27,888 bases of DNA from contig DASSXV010000019.1 of NCBI GenBank assembly GCA_035703635.1, positions 1 through 27,888 of the forward strand, in the 5' to 3' direction. The stretch comes from Trueperaceae bacterium. GTDB taxonomy: Bacteria; Deinococcota; Deinococci; Deinococcales; Trueperaceae. The first letter of the stretch is position 1. Each line of letters opens with the position of its first letter. The notes beneath the pieces are model-generated. The model ran no database searches. It was not told the origin of the DNA and saw nothing but the letters and a program-made list of their open reading frames with translations. Below are positions 1 to 8,525 of this stretch, in pieces. A program made the position numbers and the translations under genes.

Positions 1-114
1 TTTATTGTGTTGTCAACAATCCGCGGTAGATAGCCGGGCACGAAGCCACGATATCACTTTTGCGGACTTGTCGATATCACTTTTGCGGACTTATGGATAT
101 CACTCTTGCGGACA
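1..114. mobile_element. Putative end of a DDE transposon (Tn7/Mu/Tn5053/IS21 class); body would lie left of the window
   Basis: Minus strand reads TGTCCGCAAGAGTGATATC from 114, followed by two more copies; TGT terminus plus iterated ~18-bp sites; region is AT-richer than the rest; no transposase in the window. Confidence 0.45.
11..16 (-). promoter_or_regulatory. Perfect sigma70-type -35 hexamer (TTGACA) pointing leftwards out of the window
   Basis: Plus-strand tgtcaa = TTGACA on minus, inside the imperfect inverted repeat ATTGT-N7-ACAAT (4-20); the matching -10 would lie outside the window. Confidence 0.3.
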
Positions 115-118
115 ATTG
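50..118. repeat. Three tandem 23-bp direct repeats with an 18-bp core GATATCACTYTTGCGGAC
   Basis: Units: 50-72 GATATCACTTTTGCGGACTTGTC; 73-95 GATATCACTTTTGCGGACTTATG; 96-118 GATATCACTCTTGCGGACAATTG. Confidence 0.95.
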
Positions 119-172
119 GGTGCCAGCCACTGCCACTTTCCGAGGCCCTTCAATACCGCTTCTCGAGGCCCG

Positions 173-1051
173 CTACCGCCCCAACAGCCCCAACAGGTAC
201 TTCCCATACGCGTTCCCCTTCATCGGCGCCGCCAAACGCTCCAGCTGCGCGGCGTCAACCCAACCGCTCTGAAACGCGATCTCTTCCGGGCAGGCGATCT
301 TGAGCCCCTGCCGCGCCTCGAGCGTCTCCACGAAGTTGGAGGCCTGCAGGTAACTCTCGTGAGTACCAGTGTCCAGCCACGCCATGCCGCGCCCCATGAG
401 CTCCACGTGCAGCCTGCCCAGTTCCAGGTAACGCCGGTTGAGGTCGGTGATCTCCAGCTCGCCGCGAGAGGACGGACGCAACTCGCGCGCCTCGGCCGCC
501 ACGCCAGCAGGGTAGAAGTAGAGGCCCGTGACCGCGTACTGGCTGCGCGGCCGGGCGGGCTTCTCCTCGATGTCGGTCACGCGCCCACCCTCGTCGAAAG
601 CCACCACCCCGTAGCGCTCTGGGTCACTTACCTGATAGCCGAAGACGGTCGCCTCGCCTAAGCGCGCATCCGCCGCCTGCAGCAGGCCGCTGAGGCCGTA
701 GCCGTGGAACAGGTTGTCGCCGAGGACCAGCGCGGAAGGCCGGTCGCCTAGGAACTCCTCGCCCAGGAGGAACGCCTGCGCTATGCCCTCCGGCCGCTCC
801 TGCACCACGTACTCGAAGCGCATGCCCCAACCCTCGCCGCTGCCCAACAGCTGGCGGAAGGCGGGCAAGTCGCGCGGCGTCGAGATGATCAGCACCTCGC
901 GCACGCCCGCCAGCATGAGCGTGGAGAGCGGGTAGTAGACCATCGGCTTGTCGTAAACGGGTAGGAGCTGCTTGCTCACCGCCAACGTGGCGGGGTAGAG
1001 CCGCGTGCCAGCCCCGCCGGCCAAGACGATGCCGCGCCGGCCAGCGCTCAC
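173..1051 (-). CDS. rfbA: Glucose-1-phosphate thymidylyltransferase RmlA
   Basis: [47 protein letters not shown] start overlaps the rmlB stop (GTGA) with GGAGAG upstream. Confidence 0.97.
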   Translation of the reverse strand: MSAGRRGIVLAGGAGTRLYPATLAVSKQLLPVYDKPMVYYPLSTLMLAGVREVLIISTPRDLPAFRQLLGSGEGWGMRFEYVVQERPEGIAQAFLLGEEFLGDRPSALVLGDNLFHGYGLSGLLQAADARLGEATVFGYQVSDPERYGVVAFDEGGRVTDIEEKPARPRSQYAVTGLYFYPAGVAAEARELRPSSRGELEITDLNRRYLELGRLHVELMGRGMAWLDTGTHESYLQASNFVETLEARQGLKIACPEEIAFQSGWVDAAQLERLAAPMKGNAYGKYLLGLLGR

Positions 1052-2115
1052 GGTCGCTCTCCCGCTGGGCCGCCTAGACCCAGCCGGCCGAGGTCGTAGC
1101 GTTCCGTCACGGACCTCACCCACTCCTGGTTATCCACGTACCAGCGCACCGTGGCCATGAGACCGTCCGCGAACGCCACTTCCCTGTGCCAACCAAGCTC
1201 TTTCTCGGCGCGGCGCGAGTCGACGGCGTAACGGCGGTCGTGCCCAGGGCGGTCGGCCACGCTCGTGATGAGGTCGCGGTAATCGCGCGCACCTGGCGCG
1301 ACTTCGTTGAGGCACGCGAGCAACTGGTCGAGCAGCACGCGGTTGGGCAGTTCGTGAGCGCCGCCCATGAGGTAGGTCGCGCCGGGCGCGCCGCGCTGGG
1401 CGGCCGCGAGCAGGCCGCGGGCGTGGTCGTCAACGTGCAGCCAATCGCGGACTTGCATGCCGTCGCCGTACATGGGCACGCTCTCGCCGGCCAGTGCCCG
1501 CGACAGGGCGAGCGGCACGAGCTTCTCCGGGAACTGGAACGGCCCGTAGTTGTTGGAGGCGTGCGTGGTTATCACCGGCAGGCCGTAAGTATGGAAGTAG
1601 GCGGCCGCGAAGTGATCGGCCCCCGCCTTGCTGGCGCTGTACGGCGAGCGCGGGTCGTAGCGGCTGTTCTCGTCGAACATGCCAGTTGGCCCGAGGGCGC
1701 CGTAGACCTCGTCCGTGCTCACGTTCACCATGCGGAACGTCCGCCGCGCCGCGGCTGGCAGGTCCCACCAGTAATGCCGCACCGCCTCGAGCAGGTTGAA
1801 GGTGCCAACGGTGTTCGCCTGCACGAACTGCCGCGGTCCGTCGATCGAACGGTCGACGTGCGTCTCCGCGGCCAAGTGGATTACGGCAGCTGGCTGCTCC
1901 TCGCGCAGGAGTTCGAGCATGGCGGCCTGGTCGTTGACGTCGAGCTGCACGAAGCGGTGACCGCTCCCCGCGCCAGCTGGGCGCAGGCGCTCTAGATCGG
2001 CGGCGTAGGTGAGTGCGTCGACGCTCACCACGCGCGCAGCGCCACCGCTTGCCAGCAGGCGCACGAGGGCCGAACCGATGAACCCGGCCGCGCCGGTGAC
2101 CAGGTACGTGCTCAC
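1048..2115 (-). CDS. rfbB: dTDP-glucose 4,6-dehydratase RmlB
   Basis: [48 protein letters not shown] start overlaps the rmlC stop. Confidence 0.97.
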   Translation of the reverse strand: MSTYLVTGAAGFIGSALVRLLASGGAARVVSVDALTYAADLERLRPAGAGSGHRFVQLDVNDQAAMLELLREEQPAAVIHLAAETHVDRSIDGPRQFVQANTVGTFNLLEAVRHYWWDLPAAARRTFRMVNVSTDEVYGALGPTGMFDENSRYDPRSPYSASKAGADHFAAAYFHTYGLPVITTHASNNYGPFQFPEKLVPLALSRALAGESVPMYGDGMQVRDWLHVDDHARGLLAAAQRGAPGATYLMGGAHELPNRVLLDQLLACLNEVAPGARDYRDLITSVADRPGHDRRYAVDSRRAEKELGWHREVAFADGLMATVRWYVDNQEWVRSVTERYDLGRLGLGGPAGERP

Positions 2116-2672
2116 GCCCAGGTACCCGGGAAGCGCGTGAGGTCCGCGAGGAGCGGCAGCGCGGCGTCGCGCTCGGAGACCATGGGCGAGGCGCCCTCCA
2201 GGCGCCAGGCGACGCCGATGCTGGGGTCGTCCCACCTCACGCCGGCGTCCGCCGCGGGCGCGTAGGGGTAGTCGGTCTTATAGATCACGTCAGCTACCTC
2301 CGAGAGCACGGCGAAACCGTGCGCGAAACCTGCAGGAACCCACAACTGCTGTAACGCTACGTCGTCTAGCACGGCACTAACCCACCGTCCGAAAGTCGGG
2401 GATCCAACGCGCAGGTCAACGGCGACGTCAAGTATGCGGCCGCGAGTCACGCCCACGAGCTTGCCCTGCGCGTGCGGTTGCGCCTGGAAGTGCAGTCCGC
2501 GCACCACGCCGCGCACAGAACGCGAGTGGTTGTCCTGCACGAACTTCAGGCGTAACCCGAGGGCGTCGAACGCGGCGGCGTTCCAGCGTTCGATGAAGAA
2601 ACCGCGGCTGTCCGGTCGCACGACCGGCGTCAGGAGCTTCACGTCAGGCAGGTCGAGGGGCGAGACGTTCAT
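2112..2672 (-). CDS. rfbC: dTDP-4-dehydrorhamnose 3,5-epimerase RmlC
   Basis: DSRGFF, FVQDNHSRS, RGLHFQ, QGKLV, GFAHGF; ATG at 2672 overlaps the rmlD stop (ATGA). Confidence 0.96.
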   Translation of the reverse strand: MNVSPLDLPDVKLLTPVVRPDSRGFFIERWNAAAFDALGLRLKFVQDNHSRSVRGVVRGLHFQAQPHAQGKLVGVTRGRILDVAVDLRVGSPTFGRWVSAVLDDVALQQLWVPAGFAHGFAVLSEVADVIYKTDYPYAPAADAGVRWDDPSIGVAWRLEGASPMVSERDAALPLLADLTRFPGTWA

Positions 2673-3427
2673 GCCCCCGCCGCCCCCGCCGCCCACGTCG
2701 CGCGCAGCCGCGTGAAGCGGTCGATGTCCAGGGAGACGTCGTCCGGCAGCGCCACCCCGGCTTCCGCCTTGCTGGCCGGGCGCACGCCAGGCGCGCGCCT
2801 CAGCGCCAAGTCGTACACGCTCTTCCGTTCTGTTGCCACGTTGATAGTGTCGTACGTCACGGCGTCGAGGTGCGTGACGAGCTCCGCTAGCAGCGGCGCG
2901 ATCACGTCGACGTAATCCTGCGAGGTGAACAGGTCGGTGTAAGCAGTGGGGTATGGCCACGCCCGCGGTCTGAAGCTCGTGCGAACCACCAGCGCGCCCG
3001 GCGCCGCGCGGGCCGCTTCTTCGGCGACTAGCTTCGTTAGGGCGTAGTAGTTGCGCACTGGACCTGGCGTGTCGTCCTCACGGTAGTTGCCGCGGTCCCC
3101 GAAGAAGACGTAGTCGGTCGAGACGTGCACCAGGCGCGCACCAACCGCACGGGCCGCCGCGGCAACGTGCCTCGTGCCTGCCACGTTCACGCGCCAACAC
3201 CGTTGGCGGTCCTGCTCGGCGCCGCGCACGTCCGTGTACCCCGCCGCGTGGACCACCGCGCTTGGCCGCAACGCGGCCACTACTGCCAGGGTGGCGTCCT
3301 CGTCCGTAACGTCGAGTTCACGCGAGCTGGGCGCCTGCGCGTGCGGCAGCAACCGCACGAGCTCACGGCCGAGGCGGCCGCTGCCGCCAGTGATCAGGAG
3401 CCCGCCCGCGCTAGTCTGCTCTGCCAT
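2669..3427 (-). CDS. rfbD: dTDP-4-dehydrorhamnose reductase RmlD (short form)
   Basis: LITGGSGRLG, HAAGYTDV, HVSTDYVF, YALTK; alternative GTG start at 3436. Confidence 0.9.
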   Translation of the reverse strand: MAEQTSAGGLLITGGSGRLGRELVRLLPHAQAPSSRELDVTDEDATLAVVAALRPSAVVHAAGYTDVRGAEQDRQRCWRVNVAGTRHVAAAARAVGARLVHVSTDYVFFGDRGNYREDDTPGPVRNYYALTKLVAEEAARAAPGALVVRTSFRPRAWPYPTAYTDLFTSQDYVDVIAPLLAELVTHLDAVTYDTINVATERKSVYDLALRRAPGVRPASKAEAGVALPDDVSLDIDRFTRLRATWAAGAAGA

Positions 3428-3441
3428 GCCAGCCACGGCCC

Positions 3442-4809
3442 TTATCTGTGCGCGCTAGGTGAGGTGCTCAGCAGTTCTTCGTCGTGGTGGGTCAGTGTGC
3501 CGCTGGTCTGGTCGATCTCGGTTGCCCTGCGCGTTGGACCCTTCGGCGGTGCCGGGTCGGCAACAGCCGCGCGCAAGAAGACGATCAGGGTGGCGAGGAG
3601 ACCAGCCACGAGTGCTGCCGCCACGGTGACGGTCAGCTTGTTCTGCGGCTTCGGCCTAAGCGGCGGCGAGGCGCTGATGATCACGCGCGCGGCGTCGTTT
3701 ACGAGGCTCTGCTGTAACCCTAGGAGCGGCATGACGGCTGCGACGCGGTCGTAGGCCGTGCGCGCCGCGCTCAGTGCCGCCTCGGGCTCGGCAGCGCGCT
3801 GTTCCAACTCGGCGAGCCTGTCGCGCAGGCTGGCGCCCTCCGCCTCGGCCTGGTCGGTGGCGGCCTGAAGCTGGCTGCGCTCAGCCACGTCGCCAGCCAA
3901 GGTGGCCGTCAAGGTCTCGAGCCGTGAACGGCTCACCAACGTGACGAGGTCTTGCCCACTCATCGTCACGCCAGGCGGAAGCTGGGAAATGGCGGCGAGC
4001 AACGGGCCGGCGGCGGCCTCAGGCACGGCGTTCGCCTCCACCAAGGCCTCAACCTGGTCCTCGAGCGACGTAGAGCGCGTACCGCCGCGAGCAGCCACGC
4101 TTGCGGTCAGTAGCGCCTGTTGGGCGCTGTTCGAGGCGATCAGGCCGTCGAGTTCCGCTAGCCGCGAGCGCGTCGCGGCCTGCTGCAACGCAAGCTGGTC
4201 GATCTGGCTCCTGAGGGCAACGCGGGCGTCGTCCTTGGCGAACGCCGTCCAGGCCGCCTGCGCCGCATCGAGGGTAGCCTTGCGCGCCTCAAGGTCCTTG
4301 GCGCTCGCCGCAACGGCCGCGTTGACAGTGTTCTGCATGGTGGCGGTGGCGGCCTCCGCGCTGGCGCGCGCCCAGTCGTTAGCGCGCCGCGCGGCCTCGT
4401 CTGCCGTGCCGGCCGTGACGCTGTGCTCGAGCGTCAACTGCCCGCGCGTCTGGTTGGCGGTGTCGATGGCCTTGAGGGAGAGCGTCTCGCTCAGGCGCGT
4501 GAGCTCTTCCGGATCGTCGGCCTGGACGTCGAACGCGGCGCGCAAGACGGAGCCACTGTTCGCCAGTGCGGTGTAAGCCTGCGTTCCGAGCCCAACTTGT
4601 GGGATGAGGTTCGCTAGATCGCCTCCGCTAGTGGGTTGCGGCGCAGAGACCTGCACGGTAGCTGCGGCCTGGTAAGTGTGAGGGCGCGAGGTCAGGTAGA
4701 GGTACGCCACGCCGCCGACAAGCACGGCGGCAAGCACGATGCCGACTAGGCCACTGCGCAGGATCAGGTAAAGCTCGCGTAGTGAGATCTCGTCACGAGG
4801 TTCGTTCAT
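3442..4809 (-). CDS. Wzz/GumC-like polysaccharide co-polymerase (chain-length determinant)
   Basis: N-terminal DEISLRELY + TM helix, long Ala-rich coiled coil, Pro-rich SPPLRPKP before a second TM helix; no kinase domain; GGAG RBS before ATG 4809; directly upstream of the rml genes. Confidence 0.8.
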   Translation of the reverse strand: MNEPRDEISLRELYLILRSGLVGIVLAAVLVGGVAYLYLTSRPHTYQAAATVQVSAPQPTSGGDLANLIPQVGLGTQAYTALANSGSVLRAAFDVQADDPEELTRLSETLSLKAIDTANQTRGQLTLEHSVTAGTADEAARRANDWARASAEAATATMQNTVNAAVAASAKDLEARKATLDAAQAAWTAFAKDDARVALRSQIDQLALQQAATRSRLAELDGLIASNSAQQALLTASVAARGGTRSTSLEDQVEALVEANAVPEAAAGPLLAAISQLPPGVTMSGQDLVTLVSRSRLETLTATLAGDVAERSQLQAATDQAEAEGASLRDRLAELEQRAAEPEAALSAARTAYDRVAAVMPLLGLQQSLVNDAARVIISASPPLRPKPQNKLTVTVAAALVAGLLATLIVFLRAAVADPAPPKGPTRRATEIDQTSGTLTHHDEELLSTSPSAHR

Positions 4810-4851
4810 TGCGTTCTCCAAGGCCTGCACAGGATACGCCACGGCGCCGGT

Positions 4852-4868
4852 AGGGCCCACGCGGCCCT
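4852..4868 (-). terminator. Short hairpin right after the stop of 4868..5935
   Basis: AGGGCC-N5-GGCCCT 6-bp stem with no U tract; a candidate -10 TATCCT (4831-4836, minus) follows, upstream of the wzz-like gene. Confidence 0.25.
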
Positions 4869-5935
4869 CATGACGTCAACTCGCGCAGCGTGCCGGCGCG
4901 CTCAAGGCGCTCAAGTAACGGCTTGAGCTCACCCAGCTCGAGGTTGAGCGACTGCGCCGTGTGGCCGAGGGTATCGCCCTTGCCAAGCTCGGCCAGCACT
5001 TGTTGGCCAAGCGCGCCGTGCTCAGCGCGGAAGTTCATGTAGCGGTCGGTCATGGGGTTGAGAGCGTCGCGGCCGCGGAGGGTAAGCGCGAAGCGCCTGT
5101 CTTCCCAGCCTGGAGGTTCGTCAGGGAGCTCGATCTCGGGGGAGTTCGCAACCGCCTGCTCTCCCAATGCGTAACGCCGCGTCGGGCCCTCAGTCGTGCC
5201 GAGCACCTCGAGGAACGGTTTGCCTTGGCGGTAGAAGCGGTACCCGCCCGCGAACACCTCGATGCCGTCGAAGGCCGGGTCGTCCGCGCGCGCCGCCCGC
5301 GCCAACGCCAGCGCGGCGAGGGAGACGACGATGGCTGGGTCGATGGCGTCAAGCTCCAATGCGCCCTTGGCGCGCGCCTGGCCGGCCTTCTGCAGCGCAC
5401 GCATGGCCTCCGCGCGGTCGTGGATAACGCCTGCCGACTCATGCATGGCGGCGCGCACGCTGCCGCCAACGAGCAGCGCTACGGAGCGCTCCCGCTCCGT
5501 GGCGTAACTGAGCGACCCGTTGAAGCGCGCCTCGTGGAGGCGCTCGAGCAGCTCCGCGAGGTCGACCGCGCCAGGAGTCAGCCGCTGCGGCGGCGCTAAG
5601 CGCGGCAGCGCACGCAGGAGCGCTGCGTGGCTGGCGGGGAAGCGCGCAGGCAACTGCGGCGTTAGGGCCGGTTCGTGCGTGTGCAGGTGAAAGCGTTGGT
5701 TGGGGAGTTCGAGCCCCGCGTACGCGCCGAGCTTGAAACTACCCTCCAGCTGGCCGCGCGCCAACAGGAGTAGAGTCGTGCCGCCCGCATCCGAGAGGGC
5801 GAGGGTACCTGAGTGGCGGATGGTACGCAGGTTCTCGAGCAGCCACTCCGCGCTGTGCTGACCAGTGTCGCCAAGCATGCCCTGCGTGGCGGCGCTGATC
5901 GGCGTCTGGTCGTGCGAGCGCGGGCCGCCCGTCAC
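4868..5935 (-). CDS. Hypothetical protein with DUF4388/PatA-N-like repeats and a C-terminal winged-helix-like segment
   Basis: Two repeats of helix + (H/F)xGxL + hydrophobic hairpin (LLENLRTIRHSGTLAL; LLERLHEARFNGSLSY); C-terminal TLGHTAQSLNLELGELKPLLERLERAG; GTG overlaps the Nudix stop. Confidence 0.65.
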   Translation of the reverse strand: MTGGPRSHDQTPISAATQGMLGDTGQHSAEWLLENLRTIRHSGTLALSDAGGTTLLLLARGQLEGSFKLGAYAGLELPNQRFHLHTHEPALTPQLPARFPASHAALLRALPRLAPPQRLTPGAVDLAELLERLHEARFNGSLSYATERERSVALLVGGSVRAAMHESAGVIHDRAEAMRALQKAGQARAKGALELDAIDPAIVVSLAALALARAARADDPAFDGIEVFAGGYRFYRQGKPFLEVLGTTEGPTRRYALGEQAVANSPEIELPDEPPGWEDRRFALTLRGRDALNPMTDRYMNFRAEHGALGQQVLAELGKGDTLGHTAQSLNLELGELKPLLERLERAGTLRELTS

Positions 5936-6399
5936 TGGCTGCGTTCGCCTTCGTTGAGGACGCGCCTTAGCAGGTCGCGGTCGGTGCGGTGCGTCAACAT
6001 CGTGAGGGCCTGCTCTGGCGGAAAGAAGCCCCCACCCTGGAACAGGTCCTCGGTGACGTTAGTCTCTTGGTCGTTCGTTTGGCAGCGGTACCAGGTAATG
6101 AGGCGCTGCACTCCCTGCGGGTTGCGGTAGTAGGTCGTCCACGTGCGCCCTGGGTGATCGCACGTGGCCGTCACGCCCGCCTCTTCCGCGATCTCGCGCA
6201 GGGCGGCCTGCAGTTGCGTCTCGCCGAGTTCGACGTGGCCCTTCGGGAACAACCAATGCCCGCTGGCGTGCTGCAAGATGAGTACGCGGCCGCTGCGGTC
6301 AAGCACCACGCCACCCGCCCCCGTCTCCGTTGCTACGGGCGCGCCGGAGCCAGCACGTTTCGTGCCCCCGGAGAGCGGCCGGTCGTGGCGGCGTGTCAT
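5932..6399 (-). CDS. Nudix hydrolase, resembling Thermus Ndx1 diadenosine polyphosphate hydrolase
   Basis: GAGGVV, WLFPKGH, Nudix box GETQLQAALREIAEEAG, YRNPQGVQR; ATG 6399 lies 8 nt after TGATAGCAT. Confidence 0.9.
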   Translation of the reverse strand: MTRRHDRPLSGGTKRAGSGAPVATETGAGGVVLDRSGRVLILQHASGHWLFPKGHVELGETQLQAALREIAEEAGVTATCDHPGRTWTTYYRNPQGVQRLITWYRCQTNDQETNVTEDLFQGGGFFPPEQALTMLTHRTDRDLLRRVLNEGERSQ

Positions 6400-6470
6400 G
6401 GTTGCCCATGCTATCACTGGTCGATTGATGCCCTGCACCCAGCGCGCAGCGGCGCTTTCTGCGCTCCGGG

Positions 6471-8033
6471 TTAGCGCCGCGCCACCATGCCGCCGCCCTT
6501 GAGGAACTCGAGCAGCCCATCCGCGAGCGCCCGCGCGAGGGTCGCTTGGTACGACGACGTGCCGAGCTTGCTGCCCTCCGTCGGGTGGCTCGTGAAGCCG
6601 AGCTCGACGAGGATGGCCGGAATGCGCGCGGTGCGGATGACGTAGAAGAGGTTGCTCCTGACGCCGCGGTCCTTCGCGCCGGTGGCGCTCACCAGGTTGC
6701 GCTGCACGGTCTCGGCAAGGGTGAGCGAGTAGTTGAGTTGCGCCTCGCGCAGGATGTCAGCAGCCAGGCTCTGTGCGCTGCGCCGCGCCTCTTCCGTGAG
6801 AGCCTGACCTTCGGCGCCGCCGCCGTTCTCCTTGATGGCGCGGTCGACGTACGAGGGGTCGAGGGGCTCGCCGAACACCCAAGTCTCGATGCCTTCTGCC
6901 GACTTGTTGCCGTCGACGGAGTTCGCGTGGATGGAAACGAAGATGTTGCGTTCAGGCGTTGCGAACAGCGACCGCTCCTGCAGGGTGAGGAAGGTATCGG
7001 TGTCGCGCGTGAGGATGACGGTGATGCCCTCGGACTCCAAGATGCGCTTCAGTTCGAGAGCAACGGAGAGCACGACGTTCTTCTCGATCGCGTAGCCGAC
7101 GGCTCCCGGGTCGTGGCCGCCGTGCCCGGAGTCGATGACTACCACTTGGCGTTGCTCTGGCACGGTGAGGAGCGCTTGCGAGGCCGGCTCTTGCCGGGCC
7201 GGTGCTGGCGTCAGGGCCGTGACGGCCGCGCCCTTGAGGCCGGGAGCGAAGTCGACGTACAGCGTGCGCCCGTCTGCCTTCTCGACGACGCCCACCTTGT
7301 AGCCGTCGCCGTTACCGTTGACGGCGAACTTGAGGTGCAGCGCCACCGTCACCTGCCCACCGCTGTTGGTAACGCTTAGTCGGCCCAAGTTCGGGTCGTC
7401 GAGCGCAAGGTCGAGGGTTTCGGCCCGGGCGCCAGGCAGCACGATGAGGAACGAGCCGTCGCCAGCGGCGACCTCGTAGGTTGCGGTGGCGGGAATGTCG
7501 ATGGCGACGCGTGATACCCCGTCCGTTAGGCCGGTGCGTGGCCTCGCGACGGTGTAGCCGAGGCGCTCGGCGGTATCGATGGTGATCACTTGCCGCTCTG
7601 AGTTCCAGGCGCTGACGCCCTCGAACGCCGCGACGAACGGCGATACGGCGACGTAAGCCACACCATCGACGAGGATGGCTAGCGGGCTCGCCAAAGTGGT
7701 CTGACCGCTTACCGCGGGCGCGACCGAGATGGTGCCCGACACCTTCACGAGGCCAGCTGCGATGTCGGATGTTGCCTTGATGCGCGCGGTCCTGAAACCG
7801 TCGCTGAAAGTGAGGATCTTGTCGCTGGCATCGTACCGAACTGTAATACCCATGGCGTCGGCAAGGGCTTGGGCCTTGGCGTAGGCGTTCGAGCTGTCGC
7901 CCTGGGCGATGAAGTAGTAAGGCCCGGCAGCATCTACGATCGTGCCGTTCACGGCGAGGTAATTGTGGCGCACTTGAGCTGCGGCGGTGACCGTGGTCAG
8001 GAGCAGGAGGAGGGTCAGCAGGAGCCGCTTCAC
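6471..8033 (-). CDS. N-acetylmuramoyl-L-alanine amidase (Amidase_3) with signal peptide and N-terminal beta-rich domains
   Basis: Signal peptide (M)KRLLLTLLLLLTTVTAAA; IDSGHGGHDPGA, EK, LTR, FVSIHANS, AILVELGF Zn/catalytic motifs. Confidence 0.93.
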   Translation of the reverse strand: MKRLLLTLLLLLTTVTAAAQVRHNYLAVNGTIVDAAGPYYFIAQGDSSNAYAKAQALADAMGITVRYDASDKILTFSDGFRTARIKATSDIAAGLVKVSGTISVAPAVSGQTTLASPLAILVDGVAYVAVSPFVAAFEGVSAWNSERQVITIDTAERLGYTVARPRTGLTDGVSRVAIDIPATATYEVAAGDGSFLIVLPGARAETLDLALDDPNLGRLSVTNSGGQVTVALHLKFAVNGNGDGYKVGVVEKADGRTLYVDFAPGLKGAAVTALTPAPARQEPASQALLTVPEQRQVVVIDSGHGGHDPGAVGYAIEKNVVLSVALELKRILESEGITVILTRDTDTFLTLQERSLFATPERNIFVSIHANSVDGNKSAEGIETWVFGEPLDPSYVDRAIKENGGGAEGQALTEEARRSAQSLAADILREAQLNYSLTLAETVQRNLVSATGAKDRGVRSNLFYVIRTARIPAILVELGFTSHPTEGSKLGTSSYQATLARALADGLLEFLKGGGMVARR

Positions 8034-8163
8034 GTCGGCGAGAAGTCTATCACGGGCCCCCAACCCTCAAACATGAGGAAAATCGCCTTGGGAGCGCATG
8101 AACCTGATGTGTGAAGCCCGCCACGCTCGCCGTTGGTCGGACCACTAACGCGCGCCCGTCGGC

Positions 8164-8475
8164 CTAACGTTCGGAGGTCTTGCTCTGCTCTTCTAGTTCC
8201 TTCAAGCGCGTCTGGACGGCGTCCTCCGTCGTCAGCTTGGCGGCGCCCCGCTCGAGGTGAACGTAAAGCGATTCGACGTCGGAGCGCAGGCGCGTTATCA
8301 GCTCTCCCGCCTCCTGGAAGTGCTGCGCTACCTCACCCTGGAGGCGGTCGAGCACGCTGCGCATCTGGCGCAGACGCTGCTCGCTCGGGTCGCGCCTGTG
8401 CGACGCGTTCGCAAGCAACCAGCCCGCCACCGCCCCAACGACGAACGCGATCGCAACCCAAACCCACACGCTCAT
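8164..8475 (-). CDS. YhcB/ZapG (DUF1043)-like single-TM coiled-coil protein
   Basis: N-terminal TM WVAIAFVVGAVAGWLL then VAQHFQEAGELITRLRSDVESLYVHL, matching the recalled YhcB pattern HF..A.L......LY.H(M/L); TATGCT 7 nt upstream of ATG. Confidence 0.75.
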   Translation of the reverse strand: MSVWVWVAIAFVVGAVAGWLLANASHRRDPSEQRLRQMRSVLDRLQGEVAQHFQEAGELITRLRSDVESLYVHLERGAAKLTTEDAVQTRLKELEEQSKTSER

Positions 8476-8525
8476 GCCTCCGAGCATAGCAACTGAGGTC
8501 CCAGCTTCTACTACACTGCCGCCAG

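Noticed and set aside
50-118. CRISPR mini-array reading of the repeats
   Set aside because: Only 5 variable nt separate the 18-bp cores, far too short for spacers; no cas genes in the window
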